Below are positions 18,990 to 29,541 of a DNA stretch of 64,000 nucleotides, in pieces. The DNA is from Spirochaetia bacterium. Lineage in GTDB: Bacteria; Spirochaetota; Spirochaetia; DSM-2461. Each line of letters opens with the position of its first letter. The stretch's first letter is position 1. Under the pieces are notes generated by a model. It saw only the letters and a list, made by a program, of their open reading frames with translations. It did no database searches and was not told where the DNA came from. The DNA lies in NCBI GenBank assembly GCA_963668315.1, contig OY764216.1, forward strand, positions 1,664,001 through 1,728,000. The letters are read 5' to 3'. A program made the translations under genes and the position numbers.

Positions 18990-19628
18990 ATGAAAAGTTA
19001 CCTTTCCGTATTTTGTGCTGTGTCATTGCTTTTTCTCCCGGCGGGCTGTGACCTGGGGGACGACTCTGGCGAGGGCCGAGAGAAAGATCCCTTTAAGGCG
19101 GTTACCCTGGACTGGGAAAGTGACGGATACGAATACCGATTCTATACAAATGACTCCGCCCATAAGTACGCTATCCAGAAATATTCCCTGTCGAGAAGCT
19201 CCTATCTGGATCGAAACATTACGGTACATGCCCGAAAGACAGAGGGAAATCCCTCCGCTTCCTACGGTATGCGAATCCGTTCCATCTCCGATTCCCGGGA
19301 TTATATATCCTTTCTGATCAGCGATGACGGACAGTATATTATTTCGGTGTATGAAAATAATCGATGGGCGTTACAGTCTATGGACGATTGGGCGGAGCTG
19401 CCCGGGCTTGAGACGGGGCTGGGGAAGGAACACATCCTGTCCGCCGTCTATGACGAACTGGCGGGTATCTTCTCTTTTTCCCTGGACGGAACGGCGCTGA
19501 CCCATACCGTATATGTCGGTAATCAATACCTCTTTCTGGCGGGATTCCAGTGTTTTACCCGAACTCCCTCGGAGTCAATGCCTTACGATTTCCGATTCCG
19601 ATTGACTGCTCCCTTTATCAGTCCGTAA
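18990..19628 (+). CDS. Hypothetical lipoprotein (beta-rich)
   Basis: MKSYLSVFCAVSLLFLPAG-C lipobox. Confidence 0.7.
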   Translation: MKSYLSVFCAVSLLFLPAGCDLGDDSGEGREKDPFKAVTLDWESDGYEYRFYTNDSAHKYAIQKYSLSRSSYLDRNITVHARKTEGNPSASYGMRIRSISDSRDYISFLISDDGQYIISVYENNRWALQSMDDWAELPGLETGLGKEHILSAVYDELAGIFSFSLDGTALTHTVYVGNQYLFLAGFQCFTRTPSESMPYDFRFRLTAPFISP

Positions 19629-19750
19629 GTCATCTGAATCTGAGTGCCGATCGGTGGAAGACTACCCCCGGCAGGGGATAACAGCCGCTGTCGGTTATAC
19701 GAAATTCGTCTCATCTTCAATGTCTTGTAAAATACTCTCCAATAAAGAAT

Positions 19751-19793
19751 AAAAAAAGCGGGAAATTAACACGAATTCGTATTAACTCCCCGC
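19751..19793 (-). terminator. Probable intrinsic terminator after leuS
   Basis: Imperfect GCGGGAAATTAA...TTAACTCCCCGC stem next to an A7 tract. Confidence 0.55.
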
Positions 19794-19839
19794 CCTCAGA
19801 CTAAATTCACACCCCTTTTTTTCAGGGCATCTCAAATCA

Positions 19840-22347
19840 CTATCTTACGACAATATTCACCAGCTTATCGGGAACGACAATCTCCTTGACGATGCTCTTG
19901 CCCTCGAGCTGAGACGCAATCTTCTCATTCTCCCTGGCCATCTTCAGAAGCTCATCCTTGCCCGTACCGGCGGAAACGGTCATCTTGGCTCTCACCTTGC
20001 CGTTAATCTGCACGACCACCTCTTTCTCGTCGTCCTTGCACAGAGCCTCGTCCCATTCAGGCCAGGCTTCGTAGGCCAGAGATTCGGTTTTGCCCAGCTT
20101 CTCCCACATCTCCTCACCCAGGTGGGGAGCGTAAGGGGCGATCAGAAGGACAAAGGGCTCCCACAGCTGACGGTAGCACTTCTCTTCCTTGTACACCTCG
20201 TTGATGAAGATCATCATCTGGCTGATAGCCGTATTGAACTCCAAAGCGTCCGTATCCATGGAGACCTTCTTAATCGTCTTATGGAGCACCTTCTTCAGCT
20301 CGTCCGAAGGTTCCTCATCGGTAATCTCCCGCTCGGCCACATCCCAGACGCGGTTCAAAAAGCGGTTAACCCCCACAAGACCCTTGGTCTGCCAGGGCTT
20401 GGAAACCTGCAAAGGCCCCATGAACATCTCGTAAAGCCGCATGGAATCGGCCCCGTAGTCCCGAATGATATCGTCCGGGTTGATCACGTTCTTAAGGCTC
20501 TTGGACATCTTGGCGATAACCTGCTCCACCGGCTCGCCCGTATCGTTGGCCGTGTACTTGCCCGGCTCCACCTCGGTCACTTCGTCGGTGGGCACCAGAG
20601 ACTTGTTCGCCCTCTGGTAGGCGAAACTGGTAATCATGCCCTGGTTGATCAGCCTCTGGAAAGGCTCCTTGTCCTTAACCACGCCCAGATCGAAGAGCAC
20701 CTTGTGCCAGAACCGGCTGTAGAGCAGGTGAAGAACCGCATGCTCCGCACCGCCCACGTACAGGTCCACGGGCATCCAGTAGTTTTCCTTATCCTTGCCG
20801 ACGAACTCGTTGGGGTTCTTCGCGTCCAGATATCTTAAGTAGTACCAGCAGGAACCGGCCCACTGGGGCATGGTATTGGTCTCCCGCTTCGCCTTGCCGC
20901 CGCACTTGGGGCAGGTCGTTTCCAGCCAGTCGTCCAGCTTCGCCAGGGGCGATTCCCCCGTGCCGGAGGGCTCGAAACTGGTGGTGGGGGGCAGGGTAAG
21001 GGGCAGCTGATCCTCGGGCAGGGCCACAACCCCGCACTTATCGCAGTGAACCAGGGGCATCGGCTCGCCCCAGTACCTCTGGCGTGAGAAAATCCAGTCG
21101 CGCAGCTTGTAGTTTACCGCCTTCTCGCCCACGCCCTTCTCACTCAGCCAGGCGATCATCGCGTCTATACCTTCCTGTTTGCCCAGCCCGTCGAGGAACC
21201 CGGAATTCACATGAACTCCGTCCTCAGTAAAGGCCTCTTTCTGCACATCTCCGCCCTTAAGGACTTCTATAATGGGCAAATCGAACTGCTTGGCAAACTC
21301 CCAGTCCCGGGTATCGTGGGCGGGAACGGCCATAATGGCTCCCGTACCGTAGGAAATCAGCACATAGTCGGCCACCCAGATGGGAATCTTCTTCTCGTTA
21401 ACCGGATTAATCGCATAACTGCCAGAGAAAACTCCCGTCTTCTCCTTGGCCAGATCGGTCCGCTCCAGATCGCTCTTCAGCTTGGCCTGGTAGCAGTAAT
21501 CCTCCACGGCCTTCTTCTGATCCGCCGTGGTCAGCGCCTCCACCAGGGGATGTTCCGGGGAAATAACCATATAAGTCGCCCCGAAAAGCGTGTCCGGCCG
21601 GGTGGTGTAAACCTTCAGCTCCTCGCCGGATTCGGTCCTGAACACCACGTCGGCGCCTACGGACTTCCCGATCCAGTTCCGCTGCATGGCCTTCACCGAT
21701 TCGGGCCAGTCCAGCGTATCCAGATCCTCCAGCAGCTTCTCGGCGTACTCGGTAATCTTCAAAACCCACTGGCGGATATTCTTCTGCTCCACCTGGGAGT
21801 CGCACCGCTCGCAGCGCCCCTCTTTCACCTCTTCGTTGGCCAGCCCCGTCAGACAGCTGGGGCACCAGTTGATCGGCTTATCCGATTCGTAGGCCAGGCC
21901 CTGCTCGTACAATTTCAGGAAAATCCACTGGGTCCAGTGGTAATAGTCCTCCGAATGGGTGCAGATCTCCCTGTCCCAGTCGTAGGAGAAACCCAGGCTT
22001 TTGATCTGCTGGGTAAAATGCTCGATATTCGCTTCGGTGGTCGTCTTGGGGTGGGTCCCCGTCTTGATCGCGTAGTTCTCCGCGGGCAGACCAAAGGAGT
22101 CGTAACCCATGGGGTGGAGAACATTAAAACCCTTCATGCGTAGAAAGCGGCAGTAAATATCCGTCGCCGTATAACCTTCGGGATGGCCCACGTGCAGGCC
22201 CGCGCCGGAGGGGTAGGGGAACATATCCAGAACATACTTTCTCTTCTCCACAGGAAAAGAGGGATCCTCGGTAGACCGGAACGTCTTATTCTCGTCCCAG
22301 AACTTCTGCCATTTCTTTTCAATCTCGCTAAAAGGGTACTTTGCCAT
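19840..22347 (-). CDS. leuS: Leucine--tRNA ligase
   Basis: [14 protein letters not shown] (HIGH), TTRPDT editing domain, KMSKS. Confidence 0.99.
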   Translation of the reverse strand: MAKYPFSEIEKKWQKFWDENKTFRSTEDPSFPVEKRKYVLDMFPYPSGAGLHVGHPEGYTATDIYCRFLRMKGFNVLHPMGYDSFGLPAENYAIKTGTHPKTTTEANIEHFTQQIKSLGFSYDWDREICTHSEDYYHWTQWIFLKLYEQGLAYESDKPINWCPSCLTGLANEEVKEGRCERCDSQVEQKNIRQWVLKITEYAEKLLEDLDTLDWPESVKAMQRNWIGKSVGADVVFRTESGEELKVYTTRPDTLFGATYMVISPEHPLVEALTTADQKKAVEDYCYQAKLKSDLERTDLAKEKTGVFSGSYAINPVNEKKIPIWVADYVLISYGTGAIMAVPAHDTRDWEFAKQFDLPIIEVLKGGDVQKEAFTEDGVHVNSGFLDGLGKQEGIDAMIAWLSEKGVGEKAVNYKLRDWIFSRQRYWGEPMPLVHCDKCGVVALPEDQLPLTLPPTTSFEPSGTGESPLAKLDDWLETTCPKCGGKAKRETNTMPQWAGSCWYYLRYLDAKNPNEFVGKDKENYWMPVDLYVGGAEHAVLHLLYSRFWHKVLFDLGVVKDKEPFQRLINQGMITSFAYQRANKSLVPTDEVTEVEPGKYTANDTGEPVEQVIAKMSKSLKNVINPDDIIRDYGADSMRLYEMFMGPLQVSKPWQTKGLVGVNRFLNRVWDVAEREITDEEPSDELKKVLHKTIKKVSMDTDALEFNTAISQMMIFINEVYKEEKCYRQLWEPFVLLIAPYAPHLGEEMWEKLGKTESLAYEAWPEWDEALCKDDEKEVVVQINGKVRAKMTVSAGTGKDELLKMARENEKIASQLEGKSIVKEIVVPDKLVNIVVR

Positions 22348-22412
22348 AATAGAGCGATTATAGCGTCACTAAGTAAAAAAGTAAATCCTGCCGGTCCTCT
22401 TTAGACTTATTT

Positions 22413-22521
22413 GGGGGCCACCCGGCGCTTCGCACCGGGCCGGGCTATCCCGGGCTCCGCTGTCCGCTCCGGCCCGGCCTCCCGGCCGGTCCACCTGCGG
22501 TGCCCTCCCTATCCCTGGCCC
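22413..22521. repeat. GC-rich multi-hairpin intergenic element (REP/MITE-like)
   Basis: Terminal GGGCCA/TGGCCC, internal CCCGGCGC-TTC-GCACCGGG hairpin, CTATCCC present twice. Confidence 0.5.
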
Positions 22522-22655
22522 TTTAATGCTTTTCCCCCTAATCCCTGACTCCCCGGTGATTGTCTCAAAAAAAAAAGTCCCAAATGATATACTGGGACGA
22601 CCGGAAGAATCCTTTCTGTTACTCTCTCTCGGAAACACAGTAACAGGAGTAAAAA

Positions 22656-23462
22656 ATGAAGTATAAATCCATTGTGAAATACTCACCGCTTATCTTTCTT
22701 ATCACCTTCGCATTATCCGCCTTGGCCGGATGCGATACGGCCGACGGGACAAGCCTCTCTTCGGAGGCGGTCATTCTGGACTATGCCTCGGACTATCTGG
22801 CCGAAGCGCCGGTCATCGACGTTCCAAACCGAACGGTTACCGTCACTGTCCAGCCCATGGACCTTTCCGGGTTTGCCCCGATCATCACCCTCTCAGGCAA
22901 TGCCCGACTGACCGTTCCCGCTGCCATAGAGGACGGAGTCCCCGCGACCTACACCGTAACGGCAGAGAACGGAAGCTCCGCCGAGTGGACCGTAACGGTT
23001 AACGTGCAGTACGGCATCAGCTACAACCTGGGGGGAACCCGGGTTGTCCATACCGGCTGTGTTATTGACACGAATGACGAAAATCAGGATACCTCTCCGG
23101 GCGACGAAGTTCCCGGAATCTTCGAAGGAAGGGGGAGATATATTGCCTATATTTATGAGAGAACCTTTGAACCTCAGAACTATACATCGTTGGATAGCTT
23201 AGACTTTGATTACTCTAACTTGAGCCTCTCCGAAGTTACTACGGATACATACACAGGAACATTAGGTTATTCGGATTATTCCGAATCTACTTATAGTTAC
23301 TTTGATATTGATAGCAATATCAAAACCTTTGAATCCATAGGCGGAGATATGATTATGACTTTCACGGGAGAAGAATCTATGGATAAATCCGTTACCCGGG
23401 CGGAACTGATAAAAGTTACCGGCGGATTCGCCAAACTCAAGGTCATTGCCGGACCCCAATAA
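22656..23462 (+). CDS. Lipoprotein with Ig/cadherin-like domain (DUF5018-like)
   Basis: LSALAG-C lipobox; YTVTAENGSSAEWTVTV motif. Confidence 0.75.
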   Translation: MKYKSIVKYSPLIFLITFALSALAGCDTADGTSLSSEAVILDYASDYLAEAPVIDVPNRTVTVTVQPMDLSGFAPIITLSGNARLTVPAAIEDGVPATYTVTAENGSSAEWTVTVNVQYGISYNLGGTRVVHTGCVIDTNDENQDTSPGDEVPGIFEGRGRYIAYIYERTFEPQNYTSLDSLDFDYSNLSLSEVTTDTYTGTLGYSDYSESTYSYFDIDSNIKTFESIGGDMIMTFTGEESMDKSVTRAELIKVTGGFAKLKVIAGPQ

Positions 23463-23535
23463 TTAATCAGGTCAGGGGGCAGATCCTTGTTTCGAGGGGT
23501 ATTACATTTCCCTGTAAAAGAGTTATAATAGCCCC

Positions 23536-24420
23536 ATGAAACGGATAATCCTCCTGCTCTCTCTCGTCCTTGTCCCATCGGTCTTGGCAGCTCAAACTTC
23601 ACTGGATGATCAAACCGCCCAAGCCTTTATTCAGGGGACCGAAAAGGTTGCCCGGAAAATGGTCTCCGCCGCCTTCGTCCCCTTTACCGATTACTCCCGG
23701 GGCGAAGTCCTCACCGGCGGCGCCCTGGGTTATACCCGCATAGACAAGGTTTGGACCGATCCGGAAATCACCGGAGACAACCTGACCGGCATCAGCCTGG
23801 GCGGTGGTGCCGGCTATGCACTAACCGATCAGCTGGCCCTTTACGCCGTGGCCGACTTCCTCTCCCTGGACGGACGCTTCTCCTCGACCTTTTACGGCTC
23901 CGGAGAGACGGGGGGCAGCTTGAACTTCCTCATGGGTAATATCTTTGCCGGGGCCGGGTATGACTTCATTAAGCGCGGCCCCTTCTCCCTGCCGCTCTAC
24001 CTGGGGCTGCACTGCTCCGCCTACTCCCTTAATGCCGCCCTGGACGAGGAAACCATATCGGGGAGTGCCGTTGAAAGTTCATTAAGCGCAGGCGGACTGA
24101 CTCCGGGTATTTCCGGAGGTCTGGCCGGCGAAGCCCGGGTCGGGAAGATGATACTGGGGGGCTACTTTCTGTATATGGCCGATTTTACCGGTCTCTCCGG
24201 CGAGGCAGAAATAAAAGCGGACGGCGTGACCCTGCCCGGTTCCTATGCTTATGAAACGGATGCCTACTCGGGAAGCACCTTCGGCCTGTCCCTGAAATAC
24301 TCTCCGGCGAAGAAGTGGACCGTGGGACTGGACTTCTCCGATTTTCTTCCCTTCGGTGAGCAGGGAGACAGCGCTGCGGAGATGTCCACCCTGGCCTTTA
24401 CCGTGAGCTACCGGTCCTGA
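23536..24420 (+). CDS. Probable outer-membrane beta-barrel protein
   Basis: Signal peptide, alternating amphipathic Gly/aromatic strands, C-terminal FTVSYRS. Confidence 0.6.
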   Translation: MKRIILLLSLVLVPSVLAAQTSLDDQTAQAFIQGTEKVARKMVSAAFVPFTDYSRGEVLTGGALGYTRIDKVWTDPEITGDNLTGISLGGGAGYALTDQLALYAVADFLSLDGRFSSTFYGSGETGGSLNFLMGNIFAGAGYDFIKRGPFSLPLYLGLHCSAYSLNAALDEETISGSAVESSLSAGGLTPGISGGLAGEARVGKMILGGYFLYMADFTGLSGEAEIKADGVTLPGSYAYETDAYSGSTFGLSLKYSPAKKWTVGLDFSDFLPFGEQGDSAAEMSTLAFTVSYRS

Positions 24421-24431
24421 GGAGTCCCGTT

Positions 24432-25025
24432 TTGAACATACCCAAAGGTCCCGCCTTCGCACAGATCGAAATTAAAAAGTCCAAATTTCTGGCCTATGCC
24501 GTTCCCATATCCTCCCTGTCCGATATCAAAGGAGAGATTCAGAAAACCCGGGCGGAACATCCCGATTCCCGCCACGTGGTCCACGCCGCCGTGGTCGGTC
24601 CCGACGGAGGGGAGTTCAGCATGAGCGACGACGGCGAGCCCAAAGGCACCTCCGGCCGTCCTTCCCTGGAAGTCCTGAAGGGGCGGGACGTCACCAATGT
24701 CCTCGTTCTGATCGTCCGTTATTTCGGCGGCATCAAACTGGGAACCGGCGGTCTGGTCAAAGCCTACGGCGATGCGGTCAAAGCCGTTCTGGAGGAGCTG
24801 GAAACGGAACCCCTTGTGGAAAAGACCGATTTTACCCTGGCCCTCTCCTACCATGACCACTCTCCGGTGCGGCAGCTCCTGGAAAGGGAAGGGGTGGATA
24901 TTCTTTCCGAGGATTTCGCCGAAGGGGTGACCCTCTCATGCCGCTGTCCCCGAAGCGTTCTGGATGACCTGACTCCTCTGGTCAGGGATCTGACCAGAGG
25001 AGAGGGGGAGATTGTTCTGATTTGA
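24432..25025 (+). CDS. yigZ: YigZ/IMPACT family protein
   Basis: IKKSKF, SDDGEPKGTSG, VRYFGGIKLGTGGLVKAY; TTG start after GAGGAG. Confidence 0.92.
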   Translation: MNIPKGPAFAQIEIKKSKFLAYAVPISSLSDIKGEIQKTRAEHPDSRHVVHAAVVGPDGGEFSMSDDGEPKGTSGRPSLEVLKGRDVTNVLVLIVRYFGGIKLGTGGLVKAYGDAVKAVLEELETEPLVEKTDFTLALSYHDHSPVRQLLEREGVDILSEDFAEGVTLSCRCPRSVLDDLTPLVRDLTRGEGEIVLI

Positions 25026-25031
25026 GGATAA

Positions 25032-25811
25032 TTACTCTTCTGCCAGCTCCAGCAGCAGACGGGCATCGTCGGCCGCTTCGCTGTCGGGGAACTCTTTCAG
25101 AAAAGTCCTGAAGGAGGAGGCGGCCTTTTCGTTGTCTCCCGCCTTAAGGGAAATCCTTCCGCTCAGCAGAAGGTAGGAGGGATAGTAGTCATCCCTTTCG
25201 GGCATGATGATTTCTCCCAGATGTTTCCAGGCTTCTCCCGTTTTGCCCATCATCTCTTCTGCATAGGCCAGAGAGAAGAGCAAACGTCCTTCGGAAAAGG
25301 GGTCGGCGGACATTTCATAGTAGAGTTCCAGATCCGCTTCGGCGCCGGCGTAATCTTCATTGGCAATTTTCTGCCAGGCCCGGTCCAGATCTTCCCGGCT
25401 GGTCGTTCCGAAGCCGAGATCATCGAAATCCGCCTCGGCGCCCCTGATGCCCATCGCCACGGTGGCATCAGGTTTCTGGGTGTTGAGGAGGCGGTTGATT
25501 TTCTGGGAAAGTTTATCAAAGGCCGTGGTCTGCTCCACGGCTGTCTTTGTCCTTACGGCTGTCAGAATGTATTCTCCCTCCTGGGAAAAGAAGAGGGAGT
25601 TTCCCGGAGAATCCAGCTGCACCGAGGAGTGGGCGGCCAGGCGTATTTTTGTCTGACTGTCGATCAGGGTTCCGAAATCCAAGGAAAACCAGCGGCCGTT
25701 CTTCAGGTAATCCGCTTCGCCTTCCAGATATACGCATTCGAAGGTTTCACTCCAGAGTGAAAGGGAGAATAAAACCAGTCCCATGATCACAGGTAAAACA
25801 TATCTCTTCAT
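25032..25811 (-). CDS. Exported FecR-like / TPR protein
   Basis: Signal peptide, YLEGEADY...AMGIRG FecR-like segment, C-terminal TPR helices (FLKEFPDS). Confidence 0.65.
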   Translation of the reverse strand: MKRYVLPVIMGLVLFSLSLWSETFECVYLEGEADYLKNGRWFSLDFGTLIDSQTKIRLAAHSSVQLDSPGNSLFFSQEGEYILTAVRTKTAVEQTTAFDKLSQKINRLLNTQKPDATVAMGIRGAEADFDDLGFGTTSREDLDRAWQKIANEDYAGAEADLELYYEMSADPFSEGRLLFSLAYAEEMMGKTGEAWKHLGEIIMPERDDYYPSYLLLSGRISLKAGDNEKAASSFRTFLKEFPDSEAADDARLLLELAEE

Positions 25812-25867
25812 ACCATTAATTCTAACACAAAAGTTCTTAACAGGCATGAAATTCCGGGAAAAATCTT

Positions 25868-26452
25868 CTATTTTTTGGTTTTAATGTCTATTCCGCCCAT
25901 GAAGGCCAGACCCTGCACTTCAATATGGGGTCCCAGGCCGTCGGCATCGGTCTTATTGTCGCATCCTCCCATAAAGGGGAACACCGAAGTCGAGACGGTG
26001 ACTCCGGGAGGAACGATTATATCAACTCCCCCCATAAAGGCCAGGCAGCGTATGACGACCGTTTCCCGGGGAAAGGAGGCCTGGCGGAAATCAAGATCGA
26101 TACCCCCCATGAAGGCGACGGCGTTGATTTCCCGGGGGGATGCCCATTGCCCCTTTCTGCCGCTTCCGGACATAAAGGCAAAGAAGGTCTGGCTCTTTTT
26201 CCTTTGCCGGGGGATGCTGTCGTATCGGTCCCGTTCCCATTGATAGGTATCGCCCGTCCTCCGGTCATCCGAACCGGGCATGGGCGGCAGGCCTTCGGTA
26301 AGGCCGGAGAGTTCGGTCAGGCTGTCAGTCCCGTATAACCGCGACAGCCGGTCTTCCAGTTCGCCAATGGTGATATGGTTATTGGTATAGGCCCATCTCA
26401 GGTGGGCTTCGGTTTTTTCTTTGAACTCTTTGAAATGATCTTCCATGGACAT
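25868..26452 (-). CDS. DUF1707 (SHOCT-like) plus LiaF/DUF2154-like envelope-stress protein
   Basis: L..AY....IT..ELE.RL N-terminal motif; repeated AFMGG(I/V)D beta repeats. Confidence 0.8.
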   Translation of the reverse strand: MSMEDHFKEFKEKTEAHLRWAYTNNHITIGELEDRLSRLYGTDSLTELSGLTEGLPPMPGSDDRRTGDTYQWERDRYDSIPRQRKKSQTFFAFMSGSGRKGQWASPREINAVAFMGGIDLDFRQASFPRETVVIRCLAFMGGVDIIVPPGVTVSTSVFPFMGGCDNKTDADGLGPHIEVQGLAFMGGIDIKTKK

Positions 26453-26480
26453 TCTCTCCTGTTGTTTATATTATCATTAA

Positions 26481-26497
26481 AGCAAAGGCCGTGCCAA
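26481..26497 (-). promoter_or_regulatory. Sigma-54 (-24/-12) promoter
   Basis: TTGGCACGGCCTTTGCT matches TGGCACG-N4-TTGCW, 29 nt upstream of the start codon. Confidence 0.8.
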
Positions 26498-26610
26498 ATG
26501 AAATTTACCGGGAGAAGCCGGGATTTCCTGTCTCGTCTTTTTCAAGGCTGGGAAATCTCCCAATATATGGTCTATATGACCAAAGTTCATGGTATGTGAG
26601 AGGGGAATAA

Positions 26611-27096
26611 GTGATAGAAGAGTACCGGGTCATCATAGAGAGGGCGGGAAAACGTAAGAAGGAGATTCAAAGGGCGCTTAAGGAACTGAAGAAACAGCGC
26701 CGTCTGAATCTGGACGGCATCTTCGCCGCGGAACATGAGCGGGCATTTGAAGAGATTGACTGCCTCAAATGCGCCAACTGCTGCTCTTCTCTGGGCCCCC
26801 GGATCACCGATAAGGATATCGACCGACTGGCTAAAGCGGCCAGGATGAAAGGGGGCGATGTGGTGGAAACCTGGCTCCGGATAGATGAGGACGGGGATTA
26901 CGTCTACCGGGAACTTCCCTGTCCCTTTCTGGGGGCGGACAGATATTGCCTCTATTATGAAGCCCGTCCCGATGCCTGTCGCCGTTATCCCTATACGAAC
27001 AGGAGAAATGTGAAGGGCTATACGGGGCAGCTGGTTAAGGATATGGCCGTCTGTCCCGCGGTGGCTCTGGTCCTGGAGAGAATTACCGAAGTCTAG
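26611..27096 (+). CDS. YkgJ-family cysteine-cluster protein
   Basis: CLKCANCC...CPFLG...C..YEARP.ACRRYP. Confidence 0.88.
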   Translation: MIEEYRVIIERAGKRKKEIQRALKELKKQRRLNLDGIFAAEHERAFEEIDCLKCANCCSSLGPRITDKDIDRLAKAARMKGGDVVETWLRIDEDGDYVYRELPCPFLGADRYCLYYEARPDACRRYPYTNRRNVKGYTGQLVKDMAVCPAVALVLERITEV

Positions 27097-28517
27097 CCGA
27101 TTTCCGTCCGGTTCCGGCCGTTCTCCTTGGCCCTGTACAGAGCTTCGTCGGCCTTCTTGATGAATGTTTTCATCTGATCCTCTTCACGGGGTATGGCCGA
27201 ATAAATCCCTGCGCTTATGGTGATTTTTTCCCCGATGGGATTATGATCCAGAGAGGCGATCTTTTCCCTGATCCTCTCCACGGCGGCCAGGGTCATGGTT
27301 TCATCTGTTGATGCCATGATAAGGATGAACTCCTCCCCGCCGAAACGGGCGAGAAGATCGGTGTTTCTCACCTCCTCCCGGCAGGTCCGGGCGATATTTT
27401 TCAGAACCACATCCCCCATATTATGCCCGTATTTATCGTTGATGTTCTTGAAGTGATCGATATCCATCATGACGAAGGATATCTCGGTCCCGTTTCTCAG
27501 GGCCGTATCAAACATGAGCCTTCCTTCCATATCCATACGACGGCGGCTGCCGATGCAGGTGAGGGGATCTTCCATGGCCAGTTTGAACGCCTGCTCATGG
27601 AGCATGGCGTTTTCCATGGCTATGGAGATGTGGTCGCCGATTATTTCCGCCAGTTCCAGATGGTGCCGGGTAAATACGTTCTTTCTGTATCCATCCATGG
27701 AAACCAGGCCTATGACATTGCCGTGCGATATGAGAGGGATCCCAAGCCAGGAAATAATGGCTTTTTCCTCCCGGGGCTGGGTGAATGCGGGGAAGTCTTT
27801 GGATACATTGTTCGTCAGGAAGGGCTTATTCTCCTGAATCACTCTTGTGCTCAAACTGTCAGGGGAGGGAAATCTGAAACGCAATGTCCTTATTTCCGGG
27901 ATATCCTCGAAGCCCTCCGTTCCTTCTATGCAAAGAAAACCGTTCTTTAGAAGCTGAAGGGAGCAGGACTCATAGGGAATAACTCTTTTCAGATGCTTAA
28001 GGATATTTTTTATTGTCTCTTCCGTATCCAGGGAGCCGCTGATCTCGCTGACGATCTGCCTGAGTGTTTCCAGTTCCTTTGTCCTCTGCCGCTCGAGCTT
28101 GACGCTCTCCCTCAGCTTCTCTTCCGTTTCCTTCAGTTCTGTGATATCTGAATCGGCCCCCACGAAGAGGGCGGGTCTGTCGTCTTCCCCGGTTTTAACC
28201 GTCTGGCCGACCGACAGGACCCAGCGGTAACTTCCGTCCTCCCGGCGGAGGCGGTAGATTTCATTGAAGTTGGTAATCCGACCGTAAAACAGGTCTTCAA
28301 GGGCCCGGGCCAATTTGTCTCTGTCGTCGGGATGAAGATGGGTGAGGTAACTCTGTTTTTCGTCTCCTGGACTGAATATATCGGGAATTTCCTTCCACAT
28401 CCGGCTGGTCAGGCACTCTCCCGTTTCATAATCGGTTATAAATACGCCTACTTTGCTCAGAGCATCAAGGAAATCCTCATTATTCAGATCTGTATTGTTA
28501 AAAGGTTTCTTTCCCAT
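27093..28517 (-). CDS. PAS-GAF-GGDEF diguanylate cyclase
   Basis: LHPDD...YRW PAS, SWLGIPLI GAF, RFGGEEF with RNTD I-site. Confidence 0.92.
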   Translation of the reverse strand: MGKKPFNNTDLNNEDFLDALSKVGVFITDYETGECLTSRMWKEIPDIFSPGDEKQSYLTHLHPDDRDKLARALEDLFYGRITNFNEIYRLRREDGSYRWVLSVGQTVKTGEDDRPALFVGADSDITELKETEEKLRESVKLERQRTKELETLRQIVSEISGSLDTEETIKNILKHLKRVIPYESCSLQLLKNGFLCIEGTEGFEDIPEIRTLRFRFPSPDSLSTRVIQENKPFLTNNVSKDFPAFTQPREEKAIISWLGIPLISHGNVIGLVSMDGYRKNVFTRHHLELAEIIGDHISIAMENAMLHEQAFKLAMEDPLTCIGSRRRMDMEGRLMFDTALRNGTEISFVMMDIDHFKNINDKYGHNMGDVVLKNIARTCREEVRNTDLLARFGGEEFILIMASTDETMTLAAVERIREKIASLDHNPIGEKITISAGIYSAIPREEDQMKTFIKKADEALYRAKENGRNRTEIG

Positions 28518-28626
28518 GAATGACTTTCAGTATAGAGGATTTTCTATTTCGGCGCCAGTGGAAAATTGATTCCCGGGGCAGTTCTCCTTTTGATTTATTC
28601 CTGAAGGTGGAGTATATTAGTCAGGA

Positions 28627-29541
28627 ATGTCCAGGTGCCCGTATGATTCCCCCCTTATGGTCTTTCTCCTGTTCCTGTTTTCGGCTGTTCCTCTGGTTTC
28701 CCAGGACGCGGAAGGAAACGTGGAGCGCTGGAACCGCCTGCAGAACTATTCGGATTTTTCGGCTTACAGAACCATCGGGGCATTGATGGAGGCCTATCCG
28801 GGAATCGTAACGGACAGATCCCGGCGGAAAGGGGACTGGTCCTTTCTGGTTCGGGGACGGCGTTTTTTCTGGGCCGGGGGGCGGCTGCTCCCCGAAGAAA
28901 ACCTCGTCAGAGCGGATAACTACTCACCGCAGCCCTTCTATGTCTATCCCGGGGATTATGAACCTTACCGCATGCTTTATCTGGGAGAGAGGGAAGAGGA
29001 ACTGAGGCGCCTTGTTGACCTGAGGGAGAGCCGGCCCCTTAACCGGCATCCCGGTTTCTATGATACCCTCTATCGCCTCCGCGACGAGGAGAGCGCCTGG
29101 TCGATGATGAAGACCATCTATTTTCTGGGACACAAGGTCACCCTTCACAGGGATCTTCTTGAGGACCTGGCCCGGGTGGAGGAGACTCTGATCAGGGAGC
29201 TTCCCCGGGATGAGGAGCTGAAGAATTATGTGGACGGCCTCTCCCTCGTCGCGGGATACAGCTGGCGCCCCATAGCAGGGACGGAAAGCCGCAGCAATCA
29301 CTCCTATGGAATCGCCCTGGATTTCATCCCCGCCGATTACGGGGACAGAGACGTTTACTGGCGCTGGTCAAAGGATTTCAACGACCAGTGGTACAACATT
29401 CCCTGGAACCGGATGCACAGACCCCCCGAATCCTTTGTCCGTGCTTTCGAGGCGGAAGGATTTGTCTGGGGCGGTAAGTGGCTCCTATTCGATACCATAC
29501 ATTTCGAATACCGGCCCGAGCTGGAAATCCTCAACCGCTGA
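28627..29541 (+). CDS. M15-family peptidase (D-Ala-D-Ala carboxypeptidase-like)
   Basis: SNHSYGIALD (SxHxxGxAxD), GFVWGGKW..FDTIHFEY; signal peptide; exact start uncertain. Confidence 0.88.
   Translation: MSRCPYDSPLMVFLLFLFSAVPLVSQDAEGNVERWNRLQNYSDFSAYRTIGALMEAYPGIVTDRSRRKGDWSFLVRGRRFFWAGGRLLPEENLVRADNYSPQPFYVYPGDYEPYRMLYLGEREEELRRLVDLRESRPLNRHPGFYDTLYRLRDEESAWSMMKTIYFLGHKVTLHRDLLEDLARVEETLIRELPRDEELKNYVDGLSLVAGYSWRPIAGTESRSNHSYGIALDFIPADYGDRDVYWRWSKDFNDQWYNIPWNRMHRPPESFVRAFEAEGFVWGGKWLLFDTIHFEYRPELEILNR

Noticed and set aside
19670..19745. Gene-tail-like frame (LLESILQDIEDETNFV*) ending in GTATAAC, resembling an integron attC
   Set aside because: Too short, no complete attC symmetry, no array and no integrase.
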